Shown one piece after another: positions 7,646 through 14,551 of a stretch of DNA of 14,551 nt (the first letter of the stretch is position 1; each line of letters starts with the position of its first letter). The DNA is from Polyangiaceae bacterium. GTDB lineage: Bacteria > Myxococcota_A > Polyangia > Polyangiales > Polyangiaceae. The stretch spans positions 1 to 14,551 of the forward strand of contig JBGANF010000175.1 in NCBI GenBank assembly GCA_044222475.1, read 5' to 3'. A program made the position numbers and the translations under genes. The notes below the pieces were generated by a model. It saw only the letters and a list, made by a program, of their open reading frames with translations. It did not search any database and had not been told where the DNA came from.

Positions 7646-7673
7646 ACGTGAACGTGCCCGTGCCCGTGCACGA
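7639..7673 (+). repeat. Left arm of inverted repeat (hexamer-periodic)
   Basis: CCCGTAAACGTGAACGTGCCCGTGCCCGTGCACGA is the reverse complement of 8089-8123 at 34/35 positions. The stretch 7639-7668 matches 8094-8123 perfectly over 30 bp. Confidence 0.97.
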
Positions 7674-7694
7674 TGGGACGCGCGCGGTTTCGCT

Positions 7695-8048
7695 TCAGCG
7701 TTCGCACGCCTGCGCCAGCTTGACGAGCATCGACACGACGCGAACGACCAACGTCTTCCCCTCCTCGTGAGCATTCTGATCCACCAGCCCGAGCCGAAGG
7801 CAGACGTCGAGGATCGCCGCAGACTCCGTCGCCGAACCTCTCGCCGTCAGGTAAAAGCGACGCTTCTCGGCCTTGGAGTGCTTGCCCACCCCTTCGGCCA
7901 AATTCAGCACGATCGAGGTCGATGCGCGCGTCAACTGGTCGGCAAGATGGCTTCGTCCGCGCGGTAGTGCCTCGATGACACCGTTGGCGAACACGAGGAA
8001 GTCGAGGGCGAGTCGGTAGACGTCCAGCCGTTCGTGATCGAGTTGCAT
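7695..8048 (-). CDS. Four-helix-bundle protein (23S rRNA intervening-sequence protein family, TIGR02436-like; structurally related to DGR Avd), 117 aa
   Basis: MQLDHERLDVYRLA...LADQLTRASTSIVLNLAEG.GK.SK.EKRRFY.TARGSATE matches the family pattern (L.VY..A; L..Q..RA..SI..N.AEG; F..IARGS..E). ATG at 8048. Confidence 0.9.
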   Translation of the reverse strand: MQLDHERLDVYRLALDFLVFANGVIEALPRGRSHLADQLTRASTSIVLNLAEGVGKHSKAEKRRFYLTARGSATESAAILDVCLRLGLVDQNAHEEGKTLVVRVVSMLVKLAQACER

Positions 8049-8088
8049 GGCGACTCTTCGGCACGACCTAGGCCGAAATTGCGCCCTT

Positions 8089-8123
8089 TCGTTCACGGGC
8101 ACGGGCACGTTCACGTTTACGGG
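8089..8123 (-). repeat. Right arm of inverted repeat (hexamer-periodic)
   Basis: TCGTTCACGGGCACGGGCACGTTCACGTTTACGGG is the inverted copy of 7639-7673 with one mismatch (8093). Confidence 0.97.
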
Positions 8124-8138
8124 GACAGGCCTTAGTAT
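8110..8138 (+). promoter_or_regulatory. Candidate hybrid sigma70 promoter (TTCACG-N17-TAGTAT) for the methyltransferase
   Basis: A -35-like TTCACG (8110-8115) lies inside the right IR and a -10-like TAGTAT (8133-8138) lies just outside it, 17 nt apart. ATG 8164 follows with an AAGGGG RBS. Confidence 0.4.
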
Positions 8139-8163
8139 TGCGAGCGGAAGAAGGGGTGCGCCC

Positions 8164-8958
8164 ATGGATCCGATCGAACAGTTCAAAGCCAACCAGAAAG
8201 TCGTGTGGTCGGGGTTTGCCCCCATCGAGAATTTCACGGCTCTCGGCGCGCCACGGCTCGTGCGTTTCGCCGGGATTCGGCCGGGATCCAAGGTGCTCGA
8301 CGTGGGCTGCGGCACCGGCGTCGTCGCGATCACCGCGGCGCGAGGGGGAGCAAAGGTCACCGGGCTCGATCTCACGCCCGAGCTCGTCGCTCGCGCGAAG
8401 GAGAACATCGCCCTCGCCATGGTGGAGATCGACCTGCACGAGGGCGACGCCGAGGCGCTGCCCTTCGCCGACGGTGCGTTCGACGTCGTCGTCAGCCAGT
8501 TCGGTCACATGTTCGCGCCGCGCCCGGACGTGGTCGTTCGCGAGATGGTGCGCGTCCTCCGCCCCGGCGGCACGATCGCGTTCTCGACGTGGCCGTCGGA
8601 GCTCTACACCGGTCGCTTCTTCCAGCTCGTCGGCAAGTACGGGCCGCCGCCGCCGGCCGGCGTGCTGTCGCCCGCGCTGTGGGGCGATCCCGCGGTCGTG
8701 CGCGAGCGCCTCGGGTCGCTCGTGAAGGACATCGTGTTCGATCGCGACGTGATCCGACTGCCGACGCTGAGCCCCGGCCACACGCGCGTCTTCATGGAGG
8801 CGAACGTCGGCCCGATGACGAAGCTCGTGAAGTTGCTCGAAGGCGATCCGCCGAAGCTCGCCGCGCTGAGGCGCGAGTTCGAGGAGCTCATCGGGCTCTA
8901 CTTCGAGGACAACACCATGCGGCAGGACTACCTGCTGACGCGCGCGGTGAAGGTGTAG
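8164..8958 (+). CDS. Class I SAM-dependent methyltransferase (Methyltransf_11/UbiE-like)
   Basis: Motif I VLDVGCGTG, VTGLDLT, GDAEALPFADGAFDVVVSQFG and RVLRPGG. RBS AAGGGG lies before ATG 8164. Confidence 0.92.
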   Translation: MDPIEQFKANQKVVWSGFAPIENFTALGAPRLVRFAGIRPGSKVLDVGCGTGVVAITAARGGAKVTGLDLTPELVARAKENIALAMVEIDLHEGDAEALPFADGAFDVVVSQFGHMFAPRPDVVVREMVRVLRPGGTIAFSTWPSELYTGRFFQLVGKYGPPPPAGVLSPALWGDPAVVRERLGSLVKDIVFDRDVIRLPTLSPGHTRVFMEANVGPMTKLVKLLEGDPPKLAALRREFEELIGLYFEDNTMRQDYLLTRAVKV

Positions 8959-9070
8959 CTCATCACGGCAACCAGCGATGCGGCCGGTGCTCGTTCTTGC
9001 GGCAATCCGGAGACCAGCGTGTTGCGCAGACCACATTGACCCCCTACGCTTTTGATCGGGAGGACGCTCC

Positions 9071-11959
9071 ATGAGGTCTCTTCGGTGGGGTGTGGCAGTG
9101 GTCTTGTTCGCTTGTGGAGGGCCGAGCGACGAAGTCGCCTCCCAACGCGGACGCTTGGTCGGCGGGAGCCTTGACATCGGCGATGCACAGCACAACACCG
9201 TCGTCCGGGTCCGCGCAAACACGACGCAGTGTACGGGAACGCTGATCTCACCGCTGGTCGTGGTCACGGCGCGGCACTGTTTCGCGAATGCGTCGGCACA
9301 GGAAACGCAGATTGTTGTCGGCGAAAATGTGACGCTAGGAAAGGCGATCGACGCCGGTGGCGTGTTCGTACAGACACAAACCTCCGTCGATCCGCAGACG
9401 GGCTACGCGAATGACGCCTCAGACTACGCTCTCGTAGTCCTGAACGCGACGGCACTCAATCACGATGCAGGCCTCGTCCCCCTGCCCAGTGCGGGTTGGA
9501 CGAAGCTCCTCGAGCTCGAAGTCCATCGGCCAAGCTTCACTGCGTCGCCTACCCTGACCAACCACGCGATCGCCGGGTACGATGGGAATCTAGACCGTGC
9601 CCTCATTGGCCCGTCGACGAACAATTGGCAATCGCTTCAACAGCAATTCGGCCTGTGGATCGGTCGCTCCGACTCCAATTCAGTGATCGAGAACGGTGAC
9701 AGCGGAGGCCCGCTCTTCGTAACGCAGTCCGACGGCTTCCGTGATGTCGCCGGCGTTGTCGTTGGCTTCAGGAACACGCCGACGCCCAAGGAGAGTCTAT
9801 TCGTCGACATTGCCTTTCCCGAAGTGCGCGCGTTCATCGCGGATCGAGCGAGAGATCCGCGTCACGACAATCAACCGAATTGGATTTCAAGTCACCAAGC
9901 CAGCGTCGACGGGCAAGGGCGCCCGACGCGGTGGTACGGGGAGGTCGACTACACAGGCGTGTGCAAGAAACTCGTGGACGGGGACTGCGATCACTGGTTC
10001 AACGAGCGCGATAACTGCCAGACCGTGTTCAATCCGGACCAGCTCGATGCGAACGACGACGGCCTCGGCGATGCGTGTACTCCAGGCGTATGCGCGTGCG
10101 CAACCGACCCCGACGTCGACAACGATGGAATCTGCTCGCAGGCGTGCCCGGGGCGCGAGCGGGACAACTGCCAACGCGCGTACAACCCAAGCCAGTCGAA
10201 CTGCAATCGCCTCTCCGAGAAGGCGCGGGGTCTTGCTTTGGTTGGGGACGCGTGCGACCCAGTGCCTTGCCCTGATTCGGTCGCCGACGAGCCAGGGACC
10301 GAAACGCTAACCTGCGATACGCCCCAGCCGGACGCGGGATGCACGCTTAGCACCCTCTACGAGACGCTATCGACCCGCGCGATAGGGGCGCATCGCTCCG
10401 ACTTGGTGGTGTCCGGCGCGCGGCTCGTGGGAGATCCCCGCCTGAACGATGTCCCAGTCCCGAACGTGAACACGGAAGCACGATACTGCAACTTCCAGCT
10501 TCCGAATGTCGACTGCCTGGATCCAGCGAGCATCGATGACGCACTTCTCAGCGTTGCCGAGACGCCCGGCGGAACGTGGCACAAGACCTCACTGGGAGTG
10601 GTTCCGAACCTTCTCCCGCCCCAGCCGCTTCCGCCGGGCACGGCATGGTCGCTCAACTACGATGGCAGCACGACCGGACGCTTCTGGGGCGTTCGAACGG
10701 ACTTTGCCAGGTGGCTTCTCAACGGCCCTGCTCAAATACCAGTCCCGCCGTCTTGCAATCCGCTGAACGCGAACGCGATCTTTGGATGTCTCGGAGATGG
10801 CGTCGTGTGGACGCACGCCAACAGCTCGGTCGGGTCCCTCGCTCCTGGTGGAGAGAGAGTGGGCAACGTCGTCGTTGGCACTCACGGGGACAAGCTTGCG
10901 AACGGATACACGAGCGTCGCCCCGGCGTCCTCGGTCCGCTTCTGCTTCTCGCCGCTGCCCATCACCTTCCGACTCGCGTCGATCTCGTCGACGACCCCGA
11001 GCCTCGCCGCGTTGAGTTCGCACTCGAACGTTCTCGTTGTGCGAGACGCTCCATTTTCGCAAGCGAACCAAAACGCGCGAGGAAGTGCGGAAATCGTCTT
11101 TCAGGACGACACCGGTACCGTCGTGACCGCGAGGAACGATGGCACGCTCGTGAGCATGAACGGTGGCAACAATCCAAACTGCGGTCCGCCGCGGCTGTCG
11201 CCCGACGGCGTGACGTCCTTCGCGTCGGGCATCTGGGCGAACTCGGTCGAGCCGTGGTCGACCGCTGCAGCTCTGATTGCCGTGGACGGGACGGCCGTCG
11301 CGTCAATGCTCGACCGCGGCACCGACGAGCTCAGCCTTCAACCGCTCGCTACACCAGCCACCGGTCCGACACCGCGCACGGACTTCGTGTCGTTCTACTC
11401 TCAGACGCTCGGCGGCGCGGTGATTGCCGGAGGGCACGCTCTCGGTGGAAGCACCCTTCACGACGTGTGGTTCGCTGGCGCCGGCTCGCGTTTCGTCGAG
11501 GTGACCCCGACGAACGTAGCGCTCGGCGAAGTCCTAGCGGCGACCTTCAGTCCGGCGGACGGTCGCGTTTGGATCCTCGACGCTCCGAGCAGAAATACGG
11601 CGGTCGGAGCGGTTCGTCTGTCCCGCTTCGACATCGATACGCGGACCGCGTCGATTCTCGCGAGCTGGCCGCGCATTCGAACGACGATTGCCTACGGCTT
11701 GACGCCCGACGTGGACGACGGAGTGCTGCTCTCCGCGAGCGGGAATCAACTTTCAGCCACGGTCCGCATACGTGCGACCTCGACACCCGCTGTCACGCGC
11801 GTGCATTTGGAGCCCTTCGGGCTTCTTCGATCACCAGTGGTCGATCGACATGGCTACGCGTTCCTTGGGCGCACATCCGCTGGTGAGCTTCGGATTGTCA
11901 GGAGAACTTCGCTCGGTGGCCTCGCAGTCTCGTTCGCGGCCCTTCAAGGCTGGTTCTGA
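9071..11959 (+). CDS. Exported (likely lipo-) S1/chymotrypsin-clan serine protease with thrombospondin type-3 repeats, Cys-rich region and C-terminal propeller-like region
   Basis: GGGAGG RBS and lipobox-like VVLFA-C. R-LVGG resembles a mature N-terminus. Triad motifs: CTGTLISPLVVVTARHC (His), DYALVVL (Asp), GDSGGPL (Ser). TSP3-like DNCQTVFNPDQLDANDDGLGDAC and DNCQRAYNPSQ...VGDACD. Kelch-like VIAGG..GGSTLHDVW near the C-terminus. Confidence 0.85.
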   Translation: MRSLRWGVAVVLFACGGPSDEVASQRGRLVGGSLDIGDAQHNTVVRVRANTTQCTGTLISPLVVVTARHCFANASAQETQIVVGENVTLGKAIDAGGVFVQTQTSVDPQTGYANDASDYALVVLNATALNHDAGLVPLPSAGWTKLLELEVHRPSFTASPTLTNHAIAGYDGNLDRALIGPSTNNWQSLQQQFGLWIGRSDSNSVIENGDSGGPLFVTQSDGFRDVAGVVVGFRNTPTPKESLFVDIAFPEVRAFIADRARDPRHDNQPNWISSHQASVDGQGRPTRWYGEVDYTGVCKKLVDGDCDHWFNERDNCQTVFNPDQLDANDDGLGDACTPGVCACATDPDVDNDGICSQACPGRERDNCQRAYNPSQSNCNRLSEKARGLALVGDACDPVPCPDSVADEPGTETLTCDTPQPDAGCTLSTLYETLSTRAIGAHRSDLVVSGARLVGDPRLNDVPVPNVNTEARYCNFQLPNVDCLDPASIDDALLSVAETPGGTWHKTSLGVVPNLLPPQPLPPGTAWSLNYDGSTTGRFWGVRTDFARWLLNGPAQIPVPPSCNPLNANAIFGCLGDGVVWTHANSSVGSLAPGGERVGNVVVGTHGDKLANGYTSVAPASSVRFCFSPLPITFRLASISSTTPSLAALSSHSNVLVVRDAPFSQANQNARGSAEIVFQDDTGTVVTARNDGTLVSMNGGNNPNCGPPRLSPDGVTSFASGIWANSVEPWSTAAALIAVDGTAVASMLDRGTDELSLQPLATPATGPTPRTDFVSFYSQTLGGAVIAGGHALGGSTLHDVWFAGAGSRFVEVTPTNVALGEVLAATFSPADGRVWILDAPSRNTAVGAVRLSRFDIDTRTASILASWPRIRTTIAYGLTPDVDDGVLLSASGNQLSATVRIRATSTPAVTRVHLEPFGLLRSPVVDRHGYAFLGRTSAGELRIVRRTSLGGLAVSFAALQGWF

Positions 11960-13317
11960 TGCTTCGCCCTCGACACACCGCCCTCTTCTTGGGCTCCGCG
12001 GTGGCCGCTCTTGGGTTGGCGGCGTCACGGTGTAGTTTCTCCGACCCGCCGATCGCAGCGACCGACGCGGGCGCCGACATCGTTGACGGGTCGGTTCCCG
12101 ACAACAAACCACCGCAATGCAAAGTCCTGCCCCGGCCAGCGAACGTGCCTGCGGGATGGGAGCTTGCGAAGAACGTCGACCCTTGTTGCGGGTTCTACAC
12201 GCCCACTGCGATTGAGCAGATGCCTCCGCCAATTGCGTGGGAGCCGTGTCCAAGCGACCACGTTCCCGCGGGCTCGACGTGTCGACAGATGGCTGTCGAT
12301 TGGCCGCGAGACGGAAACACGCGCCCTCTCTGGGTCGAAGATAGAGCGGCGCAGCTTCGTGGGGACGGCAACGTCACCCTATTGTTCGAGCGGTTCGGTG
12401 CGAACGGACGCTTCGAGCTCATGGCCGACAGTGACGGTGTGGTGCGTGTCGCCCTGATGAACACGTTGAAGTACGGTTGCGTTGCCGCACCTCGCCATTT
12501 GTCATCTGACCGGTATGGGTTCGCCGTGAAGTTCCCCGGGACCGCGCAGGGGATGATCGTTGGCGATCTTTCTTCACTCTCTCCGCTTGGAGTATTGTCG
12601 AGTGAATCCAGCGAGAGCTGGCTTCCTGGCTTGCCCGGCGTGCTTCACGTCGCGCCCAATCAGGACATGAACCTCATTCCGTGGGACAAGCTGGGGGGCG
12701 GTCCTTCCATTCACATTTCGTCTCCCGCGGAAGAAGACGGCCGTCAGCAGTCGTTTCCGTTCTTCGAGGACCAGGCCATCTTCTGGAACTCGACGACGCT
12801 CGCGTTCCAAGGGTTTCGCGTTTGGACCCCGATGGATGGGAAGCAAAGCTTCATCGACTACGGCGGGGACTACACGCGTGGCGTCCACGGGCTCGGAAGC
12901 GACGGCGCGGACCTCGTGTGGAACGAAGGGGAAGGACGAACGAACCCGAACGATGTGTTTCCGACGAACTGGGTAATGACGAGCCCCTTTACGACCGATC
13001 CCAAAGCCTTGAAACCGCGCAAGGTCCGGCAGACCGGAGCGTACGGCGCCGTCGATCCCTATCGGGTAGGCTGCGGCTACGCGGCGCACGTCATGGGCCT
13101 GACGTCGTCCGATGCCTACGCCGAGGTCATCCGTCTAAGCGACGGTGTCGCATGGCGCTTCGTGCTCAATCGGCCGATGTGGACGTGGAATGCTCCGATC
13201 GCGATCACCTGCGACGAGATCTTCGTGCACATCCAAAGTAAGGGCCCCCTAGGGACGTACGAAGAGAGTGTCGCCCGAATCCGACTCGACTCGCTAGGCC
13301 CCGGGATTCCTCCGTGA
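11959..13317 (+). CDS. Exported hypothetical protein (possible lipoprotein, beta-rich/propeller-like)
   Basis: Basic-hydrophobic N-terminus ending in Cys (AVAALGLAASR-C), followed by the myxobacterial-type linker TDAGADIVDG. TGATG overlap with the protease stop. Rich in Trp, Gly and Cys. Confidence 0.7.
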   Translation: MLRPRHTALFLGSAVAALGLAASRCSFSDPPIAATDAGADIVDGSVPDNKPPQCKVLPRPANVPAGWELAKNVDPCCGFYTPTAIEQMPPPIAWEPCPSDHVPAGSTCRQMAVDWPRDGNTRPLWVEDRAAQLRGDGNVTLLFERFGANGRFELMADSDGVVRVALMNTLKYGCVAAPRHLSSDRYGFAVKFPGTAQGMIVGDLSSLSPLGVLSSESSESWLPGLPGVLHVAPNQDMNLIPWDKLGGGPSIHISSPAEEDGRQQSFPFFEDQAIFWNSTTLAFQGFRVWTPMDGKQSFIDYGGDYTRGVHGLGSDGADLVWNEGEGRTNPNDVFPTNWVMTSPFTTDPKALKPRKVRQTGAYGAVDPYRVGCGYAAHVMGLTSSDAYAEVIRLSDGVAWRFVLNRPMWTWNAPIAITCDEIFVHIQSKGPLGTYEESVARIRLDSLGPGIPP

Positions 13318-13326
13318 AGTGATTGC

Positions 13327-13860
13327 TCACTGCGCCGTCAGCTTGAACGTCGCTTCTCGGATGATCTGCGCTCGGTAGGCCGAGACGCGCATCGTCCCAT
13401 CGAGGGATTTCGCCGAGAGCGTTCCGATCCCGGTGCCGGTGCCACCGAGATCGTTCGGATCCTTGCGCGCGACGGTGAAGGTCACGTCGCCGTCGCGCTC
13501 GATGCCGGCGACCGTGAACGCACCCAGCGGGCCGGCGCCTTCGCCGGAGACGATGCCGTCTTTGTCGATCGTGATCGAGAGCGTGCCGTCGCCGAGAGCG
13601 TCGCCCGCGTCGTCGCCGCGGAACTTCACGCCGTCGTAGGGGGCGCCGTCCGGCACGTAGAACCCGGCGTGCGCCGCGGTGTAGGTGCCTTTGAACGTCC
13701 GCGGTCCGGCGGCCGGTGCCGCGCTGGCCGAAGCCGAGGCGCTCGCCGGCGCGGCCACCGAGGCCGACGCGCTCGCGGCGGTGGAGTCGGGGTTCTTCTT
13801 GTCGCAGGCGCAGAGCGCGAGGGGACCCGCGAGCACGAACATGCAGAATACACGCTTCAA
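13327..13860 (-). CDS. Putative lipoprotein with Ala/Ser linker and small beta domain
   Basis: TTG start overlaps the upstream TGA (TTGA) and has an AAGGAG RBS. Lipobox LALCA-C-DKK, then an ASASASVAAPASASASASAAPA linker. Confidence 0.75.
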   Translation of the reverse strand: MKRVFCMFVLAGPLALCACDKKNPDSTAASASASVAAPASASASASAAPAAGPRTFKGTYTAAHAGFYVPDGAPYDGVKFRGDDAGDALGDGTLSITIDKDGIVSGEGAGPLGAFTVAGIERDGDVTFTVARKDPNDLGGTGTGIGTLSAKSLDGTMRVSAYRAQIIREATFKLTAQ

Positions 13861-14551
13861 GAGGACCGCTCCTTCGTCAGCGACACGATGCGTACGCCGA
13901 CCTCACCATCGACCTCGACGAGCTCGCCGCGCGCGATCTCGACGCCCGACGCGCGGATCGACACGGGGTCACGCACGCGGCGACCGACCGTCAACACATC
14001 GCCTGGCGCGAGCTCCGACCACTGACGCGCCGAGAGCTCGACCGTTCCGATCTCGACGCGGACGACGACTGGGACTTCTCCGACGGCTTCGACGAGCGGA
14101 TCACGATCGGTCATGGATTCCTCTCCAAGGTCGCTCCATGGGAGCGAGTGGCTCTCGCCTCGTAGCACGAGTTTCGTCTGCGATTCGAGGTCTGCGGTGA
14201 CGCCCACTTCGGCGTTGCCGGGCGCGAGGACCACGGCGCCGGGCTTCCACTCCGGAACGAGCAGCGCGTCCCCGACGCGCAGCGACGCCACCTCAGCCGC
14301 CGAGAGCGTGAACGTCTTCGCGACGACCGGCACCGCGATCGGCAGCGAACCCGCGCGGCGCAGGCTCTCGCGCGTCCACTCGGGCGCGGCGACCGACGAA
14401 GCGCGCGAGCGCGCGACGAGCACGTGCGCGAGGAACGCGTCGTCGTCGACGAGGGCCGTGAACGACGCGCCGACGAAGCTCCCCGCGGCCGACGCGAGAT
14501 CGCGCGCGAACGTCGCGGCGCTGCCGGCGGCGAGGACCCGCAACGGCGTCG
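13857..14551 (-). CDS. SctQ / FliM-FliN family cytoplasmic-ring (SPOA domain) protein, 5' end outside the window
   Basis: C-terminal SPOA domain VPVVVRVEIGTVELSARQWSELAPGDVL...IARGELVEVDGEVGVRIVSL. An upstream degenerate SPOA (TLSAAEVASLRVGDALLV) is also present. The frame is open to the window edge. Confidence 0.85.
   Translation of the reverse strand, partial: TPLRVLAAGSAATFARDLASAAGSFVGASFTALVDDDAFLAHVLVARSRASSVAAPEWTRESLRRAGSLPIAVPVVAKTFTLSAAEVASLRVGDALLVPEWKPGAVVLAPGNAEVGVTADLESQTKLVLRGESHSLPWSDLGEESMTDRDPLVEAVGEVPVVVRVEIGTVELSARQWSELAPGDVLTVGRRVRDPVSIRASGVEIARGELVEVDGEVGVRIVSLTKERSS

Larger units (their letters stand above)
7630..8131. mobile_element. Candidate non-autonomous mobile or invertible cassette: IR - four-helix-bundle gene - IR
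   Basis: A single antisense ORF is enclosed by long IRs between two co-oriented genes. The IRs extend imperfectly outward (GGCCTCTCGCCC versus GGCCTGTC-CCC). No transposase or target-site duplication is visible, so mobility is inferred only. Confidence 0.45.

Noticed and set aside
7630..8135. Complete DGR, IS element or CRISPR array
   Set aside because: No reverse transcriptase, template/variable repeat pair, transposase or target-site duplication was seen. The repeats are inverted and have no spacers.
8047..8163. Methyltransferase extension (FTGTGTFTFTGTG) and the 8049-8420 extension of the four-helix-bundle ORF (PVPVNVNVPVPV)
   Set aside because: These are translations of the hexamer repeat arm and of the antisense strand. 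Family-typical starts are at 8164 and 8048.
9071..13317. TraA/TraB kin-recognition pair
   Set aside because: TSP3 repeats are present, but no OmpA domain, PA14-like domain or MYXO-CTERM tail is recognisable.
136..14551. c-type cytochrome substrates near the ccm operon
   Set aside because: No CxxCH motif was seen in any accepted protein.

Overview
GC-rich bacterial DNA whose gene content resembles Myxococcota (Polyangiales-like); this taxon call is an inference. From left to right: (1) a minus-strand, translationally coupled cytochrome c maturation operon with a CcmF-CcmH fusion, a CcmI-like zinc-ribbon membrane protein and a secreted/anchored partner protein, followed by a probable outer-membrane beta-barrel; (2) a divergent plus-strand run of a PDZ/GspC-like lipoprotein, an EamA/DMT transporter and a class I SAM methyltransferase; (3) between the transporter and the methyltransferase, a ~490-bp cassette carrying an antisense four-helix-bundle (23S-IVS/Avd-like) gene bracketed by 30-bp perfect (34/35 extended) inverted repeats built from hexamers, with no recombinase in the window; (4) a lower-GC two-gene island encoding an S1 serine protease with thrombospondin type-3 repeats and a coupled exported partner; (5) a minus-strand SctQ/FliM-FliN-type SPOA gene, cut by the window edge and with a likely internal start, coupled to a small lipoprotein. 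The best candidate for an undescribed system is the inverted-repeat/four-helix-bundle cassette at about 7630-8135.
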